From Octopus vulgaris (taxonomy: Eukaryota), in the NCBI GenBank assembly GCA_951406725.2, contig OX597823.1:65534001-65598000 (forward strand): a DNA stretch of 64,000 nucleotides. Reading direction: 5' to 3'. Below are positions 38,546 to 51,403 of this stretch, piece after piece. Positions within the stretch are counted from its first letter, which is position 1, and each line of letters opens with the position of its first letter. Both the position numbers and the translations under genes were made by a program. Under the pieces are notes generated by a model, which did not search any database, was not told where the DNA came from, and saw only the letters and a program-made list of their open reading frames with translations.

Positions 38546-40911
38546 AAGTATGAGCGTATGTAGGTATAGAACCTTCAGTAATGTTTCAATACAATGTATT
38601 TGGCAGACATTGCACATCTATAAGTTGTTATGTAAAAGTTATAAATTGAATCACTATAGAAACAACAAAATAAATTTTATGGAAAACAATAAACGCAGTT
38701 TTGATTGCTTCATATTTCTCAAGAGGTTTGCAAATATATATATGTACAATTGATTGATTTTACTCGACGAAACAACAAGAACGTTTCTCACATGGTTTTC
38801 AGTGAGCCGATACTTAATTTAGGGTGCTATTTTCGATACACTGCTTAGTGAGTCTTAGAATATATTCAAGTTTTGACGTAACATTGCAGAACGAGTATAT
38901 ATCGCAAATCAACCAGGTGTAATTTTCTCATTTCTAACATATACATATCCGTTAACATTTGAAATATACGTATTTCTATTCAATAATTTGTTATTGTACA
39001 TCGCTCGCGTTTCTAAAAGCTGTGAACTGTTTCTTCACATTGGATGTATTTAGAATCATCTGACATATAAACCAGGAATTAATTATCACCTCCACTCAAA
39101 CAGTGATGCATCAGTAACTGGATATCAAATATTAAGCTTATAATTTCAATCTGTTTTCTGCCATTGTATTAAATGAGCATTTCTTCTGTTCCCTTCCATT
39201 TGCACAGTTCGCTATATGTTGGGAAGTTAATAATACATGGAATTTATTATCTTCAAAGGAAGATTGAAACTGCTAGTGGGATTACGCCTTCATCGGCCCC
39301 TACAATAAATGCTAAAATGAGATGATGCACTTGAGATTATGAACTGTAGTCCGCTTGAGTGGAAACCCTGGGTTATATAAGTATCAGACGATTAGATTGA
39401 CAAAACAACATGCCTGGTAGTTTATTTTCTTTCATAGGGATCAATCCTCGAATGTTGAAAAACAAATAGGATACTGTTCAATTGAACTCAGAATCTGAGG
39501 CACAGAAAATTATACTGTAAGACATAGAAGCAGCTAACGACAAGTAATTTTGTAAATCAACGACACGCGAGATTCAAAACTTTATTTTGTATATAAATCT
39601 CTATCCTGCAATGTATATTATACGGTTGTTATATTATTATTATAAACTCGTATTTCTTTTCTCCAACTACTTTCTTTTTGCTTTTAGTTGGCAAATTCCA
39701 CAATTAAGAAATACAATTTCCTTCTGCGAGAGACTTACTCAAAAGAAATATTTACGCTTTTTTTTTATCGCTTGCCAAGTTCTATATTTGAAATCAAATG
39801 AGCGGTTTTGCTTTAGAAATGAATTATTTAACATGGCATCATCAAGTTTTACTGTTTCGTCTGGTGGTTGTTAATGCATTTCTTTTGGATGACTGTTTAA
39901 TATAAGTGGTTTGAGGAATTTGATCCAAGTGATAATGATACATTTGCAGAATATGGTTTCTTTGGACAATTTCATGAACAGATATTCATTTGTCTACGCC
40001 TCGATGATTTAGGGATTTTCTTTATAACTTTGGCATATAATTATTATGGTCTTCAAACTTTGTTATTGCCAATTATTCGTTTAATTCACGCTAGTTTGAC
40101 CAGGAGAATGCGCTGGGAGTAAAATTATATCTGTCTATTAAAATTGATGGTGATTCGGTCCAGAAAGCTAACGTGTTGCACAATGCTAGGAGAATGTTCA
40201 ATTTCTACACACACACACACACACACACACACGCAGGCACACACACACACACACGCGCGCGCGCACACACACACGCACGTTCACACGCAAACACACGTAT
40301 GCACGCAAATGCATACACGTGTATATGTAACATACGAAGACAAACATGCATATGCACATCAGAACTTATATATATATTTATGTTTGTGTGTATGTTTGTG
40401 TGCGTCCGTGTGTGTGTATGTAATGGTGTGTGTATATGTAGTGACGTGCGTGTGCGTGCATATGTATATTTGAGGTTTTAAGTGTGACAGTGCGTGGACT
40501 GCGGGTTGCAGTGTTCAGCTAATGATCATAAGTTAGTGGAGTCAGTCTGTAGAACCGTTTGCGTAATGATGTAAAGCAATTTAATTGATATTGTCTCAGT
40601 CAGTTGAAGTGAGAATCAGCTGCGTTTTTATAAAAATACCTCTCATTCCATCCAGCTGTCACATTCTCAACGTTCCTTTGTTTTGCATGCTCTTAACTAA
40701 AGTATCTCTATGTGCTATCAAGTCATACACGTTTGCCGATACTGTTGTACTTTTACATTACTTGTTAAGATTATCTCTACGGATATTCTCAAGAAATTAT
40801 AGTCAACACTGATATTACAACAACGTTTCGTATAAGGGACGTCAAATGTAAACAAACAATGAAATCGCCAAAAAATAAAAATTAAAAGATAACCAAGTTT
40901 ATAGTAATATA

Positions 40912-41143
40912 TATTTCTTTACTACCCACAAGGGGCTAAACACAGAGGGTCCAAACAAGGACAGACAAACGGATTAATTCGGTTACATAGAACCAGTGCA
41001 TAACTGGTACTTAATTTAACAACCCCGGAAGGATGAAAGGCAAAGTCGACCTCGGCGGAATTTGAACTCAGAACGTAACGGCAGACTAAATACCGCTACG
41101 CATTTCGCCCGGCGTGCTAACGTTTCTACCAGCTCACCGCCTT
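40912..41143 (-). mobile_element. SINE family B, full-length copy with 19-bp target-site duplication
   Basis: Head AGGCGGTGAGCTGGTAGAAACGTTAGCACGCCGGGCG, B-box GAGTTCAAATTCC. TSD CCAAGTTTATAGTAATATA at 40893-40911 and 41144-41162. Confidence 0.95.
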
Positions 41144-41349
41144 CCAAGTTTATAGTAATATAATAGTAATATTATAGTAATATAATAACAGTACACGGCT
41201 GGCTAGACTTTTATATACACAATAAGGTTCGAAACTCGCATTTTATCAATTTGCAAACTTACTTGTAGTGTGTGTGTGTGTGTATGTGTGTGTGTGTGTG
41301 TGTGTGCAATTATACATACATAGATGCAAACATATATAGTTTTTCTTTT

Positions 41350-41575
41350 TTTCATTTTCTTTTACTTATTTCAGTCATTTGATTGCGGCTATGCTGGAGC
41401 CCCGCCTTAAAGGGTATTAGTCGAAGAAATCGACCCCAGGACTTATTCTTTGTAAGCCTTGTACTTATTCTAACGGTCTTTTTGTTTTTGGTGAACCGCT
41501 AAGATACGGGGACGTAAACACTCCGACATTGGTTGTGAAGCGATGGCAGGGGAGAAAGACAAAGACGCACACACA
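41350..41575 (-). mobile_element. SINE family A 3' half
   Basis: Reverse complement of the 50500-50690 segment. Confidence 0.88.
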
Positions 41576-41599
41576 TCAATGCATACACACACATATATA

Positions 41600-41752
41600 A
41601 TGCTTTCTACTATAGGCACAAGGCATGAAATTTAGTGGAAGGGGACTAGCCGATTACATCGACAACAGTGCGTAACTGGTACTTAATTTATTGACACCGA
41701 GAGGCTGAACGGCAAATCAACCTCGGCGGAATTTGAACTCAGGACGTAGTTA
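41600..41752 (-). mobile_element. SINE family B fragment
   Basis: TAACTGGTACTTAATTTATTGACACCGAGAGGCTGAACGGCAAATCAACCTCGGCGGAATTTGAACTC. Confidence 0.85.
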
Positions 41753-41754
41753 TG

Positions 41755-43037
41755 GAAGAATTAAAATTAATCAAAGGACATACTAATTATGTCTACCTGC
41801 TGGAAATAACAGTTCAATACTCTTATTTAAATCGCCTAAATACATGGGTAATCACTGCAGAAATCAACCGTCCGAAGGCAAACGTGTTAAGACAATCTCT
41901 CAGCATACGTTTAAGTATTTGGATTCACGTGGACTTGTTTCTGGGCTAGCATAATAGCTTCACCCTCCTCAGCATGCGTTACCATGATGGAGAGCCCAAA
42001 ACCGTCATGTTGATTTCTGCGCTGCAACTGATTCGTTTTGTGCCGAATCATGACAGCCACCAGTGTGAAAATAATTTCAATACGGAGCAAATAATTCGTG
42101 AGAAAATAATTTGCGAAGATATCATTGACTCTATTACTATTACTATTTTGTGTAACAATTTAAACATGATAATAATAGAATTAATAATATCGGTGATTGC
42201 AGACTCCAGAAGGATTAAGATTAATCAAAGGATATACTAAGTATGTCTACCCGCTGGAAATAACAGTCAGAACTCTTATTTAAATCGCCAAAATACACTG
42301 ATAATAACTACAGAAATCAATCTCTATTATAGTAACGGGTGCTGAGGAGGGTGAGGCTATTATACCAGTCCAGAAACCGGTCCACGTGAATACAAATACT
42401 TGAATGTGTGGTAAGAGATTGTCTTAACCTGTTTGCCTTTGGACGGTTTATTTCTGTAGTCATTACCAGTGTATTTTGGTAATTCAAATAAGAGTTTTGA
42501 CTGTTATTTCCAGCAGGTAGACAAACATAATATGTCCTTTGATTAATTTTAATCCTTCAGCTATTTAATGTATTTTTTAATGGGACCTGCAATCGCCTAT
42601 ATTATTGATCCCGTTATTATCATTTTTAAATTGTTACACTAGATAATAATAGAGTCAATGATACCTTCAGAAATTATTTTGGTCGTGAATTATTTTTCTC
42701 CTGAATTTTTTGCTCCGTATCGAAATTATTTTCACACCAATGGCTGCCATGATTCGGCGTAAAACGAATCATTTGCAGCGCAGACATGACGGTTTGAGGC
42801 TCTCTATCATGGTAACGCGTGCTGAGGAATGTGAGGTTATTATGCCAGTCCAGAAACCGGTTCACGCGAGTCCAAATACTTGAATGTATGCTGAATGTAT
42901 GTCTTAGCCCGTTTTTCTTCGGACGGTTGATTTCTGTAGTTATTATCAGTGTATTTTGGTGATTTAAATGTTTTGACTGTTATTTCCGGCAGATAGATAT
43001 ACTTAGTGTGTCCTTTGACTAATTTTAATCCTCAAGT
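41755..43037. mobile_element. Retrozyme-like non-coding element: ~480-nt HHR-bearing units, ~1.2 units minus plus ~1.5 units plus, tails outward
   Basis: Plus-strand HHR cores CTGAGGA at 42342 and 42822 (480 nt apart) and a minus-strand HHR at 41926-41978. The arms are reverse complements with a junction at ~42322. No meaningful ORF. Confidence 0.88.
42816..42868 (+). ncRNA. Type-I minimal hammerhead (family H4); sister copies at 42337-42388 plus and 41926-41978 minus
   Basis: CGCGTG-CTGAGGA-..stem II..-a-GAAA-CCGG-TT-CACGCG. 6-bp stem I and palindromic ACCGGT. The 42342 copy has a GUC triplet. Confidence 0.8.
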
Positions 43038-43059
43038 GATATATATATATATACACACA

Positions 43060-43431
43060 CACGAGTAGGTGCTGTAATATTCCTAGTTTTGGGTAAAAAA
43101 AATACAGCAGGGTATGTTCATTATGAATGATTTTATTCAACATATTCCCCTCTCCTTTTACTGCAGCGGCCCCTTAGTTTTTCTAAGCCCTGTAAAATAA
43201 TTTATACATAGAAGAGGAGGCGCTGAAAATTTCCTGGCTTTAAGGGTATCGCGAAAGGCCTGACTGGAGCCCCAACCTTCAGAGTTCTTTTACAGGGCTT
43301 AGAAAAACTGGAACACCGCTGCAAGAAGTGTGTGAATCTGAAGGGGGAATATGTTGAGTATAATTCTAATTGACTGATGCTCCTGTATTTTCTTTTACCC
43401 AAATCCAGGAACTTTTCAGCCCCACCTCGTA
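43060..43431 (+). mobile_element. Mariner-derived MITE
   Basis: Terminal inverted repeats ACGAG..GG.GCTG.AA..TTCCT / AGGAACTTTTCAGCCCCACCTCGTA. The right arm encodes a mariner C-terminus, EKLEHRCKKCVNLKGEYVEY. Confidence 0.88.
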
Positions 43432-44334
43432 TACACATAATAATACCATATTTCAGTGATCTTTAAAATGTTAAAGTTCGTATATGATAGTCATCTTTAA
43501 CTCTTCACAGAAATAAAATTGAATGGAAATATCTACATGAAAATTCAGGCATGAACACCCAGCACCTCTCTATATTTCTTCAGTGAAATTTACATCATAA
43601 ATGCAAGCGTATACGTATATTAGATATGCAACATTTGTATAATAATTGTGTATTATGGTTGCATGATCACAAATATCGCTTAAAGCATATGGAATTCTAT
43701 GAACAAAGGAATATGGGAACATGGTAAAAAAACGGTAATATAAAGCATAAAGCTCATATAGAAGTGCGTTTCTCTCTGTTGCATGGATATAGGTTAAAGT
43801 ATATGTGATTTTGTGTGAATTAATGGTTAATTATAGGTGAACATAAACGCATAAATTCATTTGCATGTTTGTGTGTTTATGCTCGCAAGGGAGATGTGAG
43901 CATTTATTTAAGCGTATGTTGTAGGTGCGCACATATGTTTATATGAGTATATGAATACGTTAACGATTCTATATAGACATATATGTGTATTTTTGATATA
44001 TGGCCATGGGTGAAGATTTACATGCACGTGCAAACATGCATTTCATTTTTTATATGTTTCCAGATTCTCATATTTCTTTGTATAGTTCCGAATTTTTTTA
44101 TCAGTAATTTTGCTCAAACATCAATGGAGCGCGATTGTTACATAAATAATAATATATGATTCGTTGTCTTACAAACGGGTTACAGAACATTCTATTTCAT
44201 CGACATGTAAGTTAACGAAAAAACAAATAAATATTTCACGGATTGGCATTAAAATAAAAAATTTTACGCTAAAAGCATATTTGCATATTAACTTTTACCT
44301 AATGTTATATTGCTATAATCGATATTATACACAC

Positions 44335-44370
<36 letters not shown>

Positions 44371-44379
44371 ATGTATGTG

Positions 44380-44424
<45 letters not shown>

Positions 44425-46168
44425 TTGTGTGCATATGTATATGTATATATATATAAATACGTACATATATATCTATATATATATATATATATATATATGG
44501 GGGGGGGCGCACAGCCTAGTGTATAGCGGTATAGGATGTTGCACTCGCGATCTCGAGATTGTGGTTTCAAATACTGGGCCGGCTGATGCATTTTGTTTTT
44601 GAGCACAACACGCGACTTCGTTGCCCTGCGTTCACTTCAACGCCGCTTTTTAGATACACCGTGCGAATATTCATACAATGTGAATTTGAGCGTAGGAGTA
44701 AACCAAAATACAATACATATATTTGATCAGTATAAACAAATCATTTGTGGAGGCTGTTTAGACAATTTTCAGAACCGTCTTTCTCTCTCTCTCTCTGACT
44801 ATGTGTGTGTATGTATGTGAATATATATAGATGTATAAATGTATGTATAATTACACGTTCATTACTATACGTTCTATTATTCCTTAGAGGTGTGATTATG
44901 TTGCACACGTTTAAAAAGTGGATAAGAATATTGTTTAAATCTTCTGCATCAGGATGAGTTTCATCTCTTTAACTGGTCACCAGGTTATCTGAAAAGTATG
45001 GTACTGTGACCGAAACATGTGAATGCGTTGCTTTCATACGCACAACAGACTATTTATTGCATATACCAAAGCTGCTTCATGGGTTAAATTTTCATATATT
45101 CTTCGATACATGTAATCTTAAATCCATATCGACACGAAAATTGTTTTACGACACAAACACCAATTCCTAAACACTTTATCAGGATGAGTATTTCTTATTT
45201 CATTCAAACACTGCTTCCATTCGTGATTATTTTCTATATGGCTCTTCAGCAAACAAAGGTACACAATATTTTTGCAGACAACTTTGTTAGAAGTAAGTAA
45301 AATCATTAGATATTGTTTACTTTCTTCTTATGCTGATGTTAAAAGTTTGAAGATAAAATAATGTTCCATGCGAAGGTTATGAATAACTATTGTGTTCACT
45401 TCATGCTTTCTTACTCTTCTCTCTCAGCATTTAAATATAATAGAGCAAATAAAATATTACATGAAATACTTGTTAAAACATATATAGTAAATCGTGTAGA
45501 TTGAATACACACATGTATCTCTATGATTGATTTGCATGAATTACGATAACTTAATAAAAGTCAACAGTATAGAATATTTGTTCTACCTGAAGCTCAAACA
45601 ATCTCCATCGGCAATTTCCATAATTTGTAACTTTGTTGCATGGAATTTCATTTTAATCATCATGTGCGCAATATATTTTCTCTTCACCGAAAACATAAAG
45701 TAATCGACAAATTTGCAGATATACTTGTATTAGTAGTTTACGGTTTTAATTAAGGCACTCTTAAAATTTAATTAAGTTTTTAATTAAGGCATTCTTCTCT
45801 GATCTGAGAAGTTTATCTTCGCATAAAAGACGGAGTCCTTTGGTAACCACGAGTACAAGACTCTCAGTTATGTGGAACTATATACTAGCTACGCAACTGA
45901 ATGTTCATTTCCTCAAAGTGCTCATAGAATCAACTATCTGTAAAAATGCATATACACACGGACACATCCGTACACACGTTACTTTATAAGTACACATGTG
46001 CATGAATATTTGCATATAACTTTAAACACACACACACATATACATACATACATATATATATATATAGACATATGTGTGTGTGTATGTCTATATAATATAT
46101 ATATATGTGCGTGTGTATAATATATATATATATACATACATATATATATGTGTGTGTGTGTGTGTATA

Positions 46169-46232
<64 letters not shown>

Positions 46233-46630
46233 TAAGCATTCACGCACCCATCCATCCATCCATCCATCCGTCCATACATACATACATACATATTCATATT
46301 CCGAAACAGAAGGTATCCATGAGAATGGTTTGCTGTCACCGTCTGTGAAACGTATGAATCAGTATTGTGCCACACATTCGTTTACAATTCCTGGGCTTTC
46401 CACATCATTAATTTCTTTAGCCGCTGCCTATGTACCCACTCTTTTTTTTCTGTAGATGGCGTAAGATGGCTCTAATTGCAACTTTTCACGACTCATTATC
46501 AAAGTCGTAAAATAAAGAATAATTCAGCAACGAATGCACAGTAAGTGTATCAAATTAAGTAACATGGGGATACAAGTTACCAAATATCATCAGTAAAAAT
46601 CCGAAAAAATGTTGACACAACCAGTCATAT

Positions 46631-46693
<63 letters not shown>

Positions 46694-46788
46694 CACACAT
46701 GTATGTGCGTGTTTTTGTTTAATCATATGTGTATACATATATATATATGTGTTTGTGTGTATGGGTGGTGGGTGCGTGTGTATGCATA

Positions 46789-46822
<34 letters not shown>

Positions 46823-46914
46823 AATATATATGCATAGAGAGAGAGAGAAAGAGAGAAATGGGGAGATAGTTATAGATATATACTGCGATATGACTTCATA
46901 TTTTTATGTATATG

Positions 46915-46961
<47 letters not shown>

Positions 46962-49412
46962 GTATGTGTGTTTATTTATATATATATATACATTTATCTA
47001 TACATACATACGCGAATTTCATTGGGTATGTGTAAACAATTTTCCCTTTCATTAATCAAATACTAGTTGGTTTCTTGTCACTGCACCAGATTTTACCGAA
47101 ATGTTATGTTTTAAACTGTTAGAATTTCTACAATAGCATGAATGGGGGAATTTGTGCTTTAGTTCTTCAACACCTTCTAACTATGTCTCTATGTTATAAC
47201 TTGATTGATTACACCGCATACGATTCACTCTGCCTAGATTAACCAGTTTTAACTTGACTAAAACAATTCCGCTTAATTTCCCTTGACATTTCAAACTTAC
47301 TGGAATCTGAGCTGTATAATGTCGTTCCACTTGAATAAATAAACTTTTGTAAATACATTTCCCAGTTCTATATAATTTCTAAGTTCATAGTGAAATAAGT
47401 AGAATGAAGTACATTCAACGTTTTGAAGATTTGTCAGTTCGGTGTATGTCTGCTCTGTATGTCAGCCGAAGAGATGCAATGATGTGAAAGCTGATAACGG
47501 TATCTTAGATGCGGATGACATTGAGTAATCTGACGTGATGGCGGGGAGATCGCTGTGCGTGGATGGTCTGTCCAATGGGGTATATGGTAACATGCACTAC
47601 TTCTTTGCCTTTTTCTTGGCAGGTGTGTATCACAAATGGCAGCAAACCTTCAAACAAAATCCGGCATCATAAACTAAATCTTAGTATATTTTTCTTTTGT
47701 TTTAATGTTTAACACTGTATTAATGATTGAGTCTTTTTTTCCCTTTAATGGGAGCCACTTTCTATTCAGCTGTATCTGTCTATCTTCTTTTCTCAGTTCA
47801 TATAAACGCTTATTTACGTACGTAAACACGAAGTATTTCATCGCACTGTACGAGGGAAAACTATTTTATTGACAGATTTAGAGATATATAGCATACCAAT
47901 AAAACTCGTCATTCTACAATACCCTTTGTGTCCTTTGAGGAATCATTTATTCCGACCAAGTAACATCGATTGACAGCGAAATGTTGACGGTCATTTGGGA
48001 GATGGATACGTTAGTCAAAGACAGAACACGGAATAAATCGAAGAAAAAATTGAATTCTCTATACACCAGGTTTATCCTCCATTCGGATTATTATCCGATC
48101 AGCCAAGTGCAGTGCAGTTTGTCCTAATAGTTCGAACTTCTGAAGCTCTTACTATACTTACTATAGTAAAATTAACTAGTAAATAAAAAGATATCAATAA
48201 TTCTTTTTGAATTATGAACATCAACACGAAAGTCTGTAAGAGGTTATCTCGCTCCATTTAGATCACTAATAATCTCGGAAAAAGTTAAAAACATCACAAT
48301 AGTCGCTTCATCGATGGTCAATAGTCTAGATCATCATGCGTCAATGACTTTTATCTCCGCGAGAGATTCACTCTAAAAGCAAATGCAGTACATGAAGAGG
48401 ATAAACTTAATGAACCGTTTACGTGATAGAGTTTCGAGAAGTCTGTTGCTATTTTCGTTTCATTTACGCTCCAACAATAAAATGAAAACGAAGTGAACAT
48501 TACGATTGGTGCATAGCTATGATTTCTGGGAGTTATATGGAAATGGTATACTTCTACCTGATACTGTGTCGGAAAATATTCATCCCCTTTTTTTTTCTTT
48601 TTTGAGAAGTAGGTAACTGGAGTGAGTTGAAGGAGCTATCTACTAAACATAACATCTATGTCACTATGTGTGCTTGTGTGTGTGTGTGTGTGAGTAGTGT
48701 TAGGTGTGATGTACAGAAATTGCATACTGAGAAAAGAGTCGTCAGAGTTTTGGAAAAAGAAATCTTTTTTATTTCTTCATTATTATTAGCGCTTTTGTTC
48801 GTTTGTCGAACTTGTCAAATAAAATTTTGTGAATGTACTAACAGTTAGTTCATTTATATACAACATATCTTTTTTGGGGGTGCTTTGTTTAGAAGAGAAC
48901 ATTGTTTTTTTTGTTTTTTGGGATGAGGTTCCATTGCAATGGAGATAGATAGATAGAAATGTAGGTAGGTAGATAGACTGATAGATAGATCAACCCCCAC
49001 CCCTACACAATCCAACCCCACCTTCCCTATCCATCCCATCCCATTCCCACCCCATGCTTTACACCCAAACCCACATACAACACCTCTACCCAACTCTCAG
49101 CCTAACCTACACACCACCCTTGCTTTCCCCACTTTCGCCTCCCCCACATCCCAACGCCACCACATCACACCACACACCACCCACCACCATACCACACACC
49201 TACACATGCAAACACGCACATGTCAAGGTCACCAGCCATCTTCCACACCCACATACACGCTCTCCTATATACATACACGCGCACCTTTATTTTGGGATCA
49301 CCACTACTTTATTATCTCCCTTTCTTCCTAGCTCTTCTGTGTGCCCCCGCTGTCCGGCATTCGTCATGTTAGAACGCTAGCCACTACACATTCTTTATAT
49401 TCTCTCCTTTTC

Positions 49413-49580
49413 CAAGTCCAAAAATTGTAAAAACGGAAGTAAGAGGTTCAATACATCAGTCTGTTTTTGTGATAAAAATAATAATGTCTCAATTTGTAAA
49501 TGGACTATTAAGTCCAAAAGTTGTAAAACGGAAGTAAGAGGTTCAATACTTCAGTTTTTTTTTTGTGTTAAAAATAATGT
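49413..49580 (+). repeat. Tandem duplication, ~97-bp period
   Basis: AAGTCCAAAA.TTGTAAAA(A)CGGAAGTAAGAGGTTCAATAC.TCAGT at ~49413 and ~49510. Confidence 0.85.
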
Positions 49581-49720
49581 TTTAGAGAAGCAAAATTCGG
49601 CGGGAGTTTTTTGTCTTCTCTCATTAATATCATTTTATTTCATCATTCATCTCATCAATGTTTCTGTCCAGCCCGCAAGCTACTCTGTATCATGCCTTTC
49701 TGGCAAAATGTTTTGAAATA

Positions 49721-49868
49721 AAGTAGCTTACTTACGAACCATATTGTTCCGAGTTCAGTCGCACTGCGTGGCACCTTGGGCTGGTGTCTTCTACTATAGC
49801 CCCGGGCCTTCCAAAGACTTGTGAGTGGATTTGGTAGACGGAAACTAAAAGACGCCTGTCGTATATAA

Positions 49869-49937
<69 letters not shown>

Positions 49938-50132
49938 TGTCTGTTTTTGTCTCCACAACATCGCTTGACAACCGATGTTGGTGTGTTTACGTCCCCGTAA
50001 ATTAGCGGTTCGGCAAAAGAGACCGATAAAATAAGTACTAGGCTTACAAAGAATAAATGCTGGGGTCGATTTGTTCGACTCAAGGCGGTGCTCCAGCATG
50101 GGCACAATAAAATAACTGGAACAAGTAAAAAG
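49721..50132 (+). mobile_element. SINE family A
   Basis: Colinear with the 33871 and 50299 copies; expanded internal (TA)n(TG)n. Confidence 0.92.
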
Positions 50133-50233
50133 TGTATACACACACACACACTCGTATATATATATATATATGTACACACACACATATATATAAATATACA
50201 CCCACATACATATATATATATACATATCTAATA

Positions 50234-51371
50234 TCTTTATATATATAAAACTGAGAATGTGGGTCTATCTGTCTGTCTGTCTGTGTGTTTCCCTAAAACT
50301 GTGTGGTAAGTAGCTTGCTAACCAACCACATGGTTCCGGGTTCAGTCCCACTGCGTGGCATCTTGGGCAAGTGTCTTCTGCTATAGCCCCGGGCCGACCA
50401 AGGCCTTGTGAGTGGATCTGGTAGACGGAAACTGAAAAAAGCCTGTCGTATATATGTACATATATATATGTATGTATGTGTGTGTTTGTGTGTCTGTGTT
50501 TGTACCCCTAGCATTGCTTGACAACCGATGCATGTGTGTTTACGTCCCCGTCACTTAGCGGTTCGGCAAAAGTGACCGATAGAATAAGTACTGGGCTTAC
50601 AAAGAATAAGTCCCGGGGTCGATTTGCTCGACTAAAGGCGGTGCTCCAGCATGGCCGCAGTCAAATGACTGAAACAAGTAAAAGAGTAAAGAGAGAGAGT
50701 ATAATCGTAACATAACAAAAGTAAAAATGGCAATTGGTATAAAATTGCAGGAATGATTTGAACTTGAATAAGTGGTTTCACATGAAGGGAATAAATTAAA
50801 AATAAAATTAGCGTGCAGAAATGGAATAGTCCAGACGGATAATAAAAAATTAAATTAAAGAAAAGACTATTGTCTTTAAAGTATACAATGTAGAGAAACC
50901 TGGAGGAAAGCACCTTCGAAAAGTGTCTTGATGCGACTATTAAAGGTATCTAATCAGAGGCGGTAAATTCGCCACAATAGAAGCAAGGTTCGAGTCAACG
51001 GAACATGCAGAGTACTCGACTCGAACTTGCAAAGTGGAAATATTTTATTTTTACCTTTATATCTGGGACATAGGACGTCCCGGAAAAAAATAAAAAATCC
51101 CCCCCCCCAGAAGTAGAGATAGGCTGGATTGTAGCCACACTTCTATACAAGAGAGGGGACAAGATACAATTGATCGAAATTACAAGAGACGGGCTAACAA
51201 TTCCAGTCTGTTATATATTTTGAGTATTGTTATCACTAGCGATATCAAGATATAACTTTGTATTTTGTATTTTATGTGTAGATGTATATATATATAGATG
51301 TACATGTAATATGTACACATATATACATGCACTAGCACTATGACCCGGCAACGACGGGTCTTTAATGCTAG
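50234..51371 (+). mobile_element. Candidate non-autonomous Helitron interrupted by a SINE
   Basis: 5' A|TCTTTATATATATAAAACTGAG..(GTCT)n at 50234. 3' hairpin GACCCG-gcaacga-CGGGTC (51342-51360) followed by CTAG|T (51368-51371). The two ends may not belong to one copy. Confidence 0.55.
50299..50698 (+). mobile_element. SINE family A, least-diverged-looking copy
   Basis: GTGTGGTAAGTAGCTTGC...GGGTTCAGTCCC...GGCGGTGCTCCAGCATGGCCGCAGTCAAATGACTGAAACAAGTAAAAGAG. Confidence 0.93.
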
Positions 51372-51403
51372 TCTGTATATATATGTGTGTGTCTACATAT
51401 ATA

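Noticed and set aside
41755-43037. CRISPR array or DNA-transposon TIR interpretation; ORFs 41752, 41974 and 42674
   Set aside because: Eukaryotic context with no repeat-spacer pattern. The arms are unequal partial tandems rather than TIRs, and the ORFs are not kept open between units.
44985-45026. HHR at CTGAAAA...GAAACATGTG
   Set aside because: G8 is missing, G sits at position 17 and there is no convincing stem I; at best an ancient relic.
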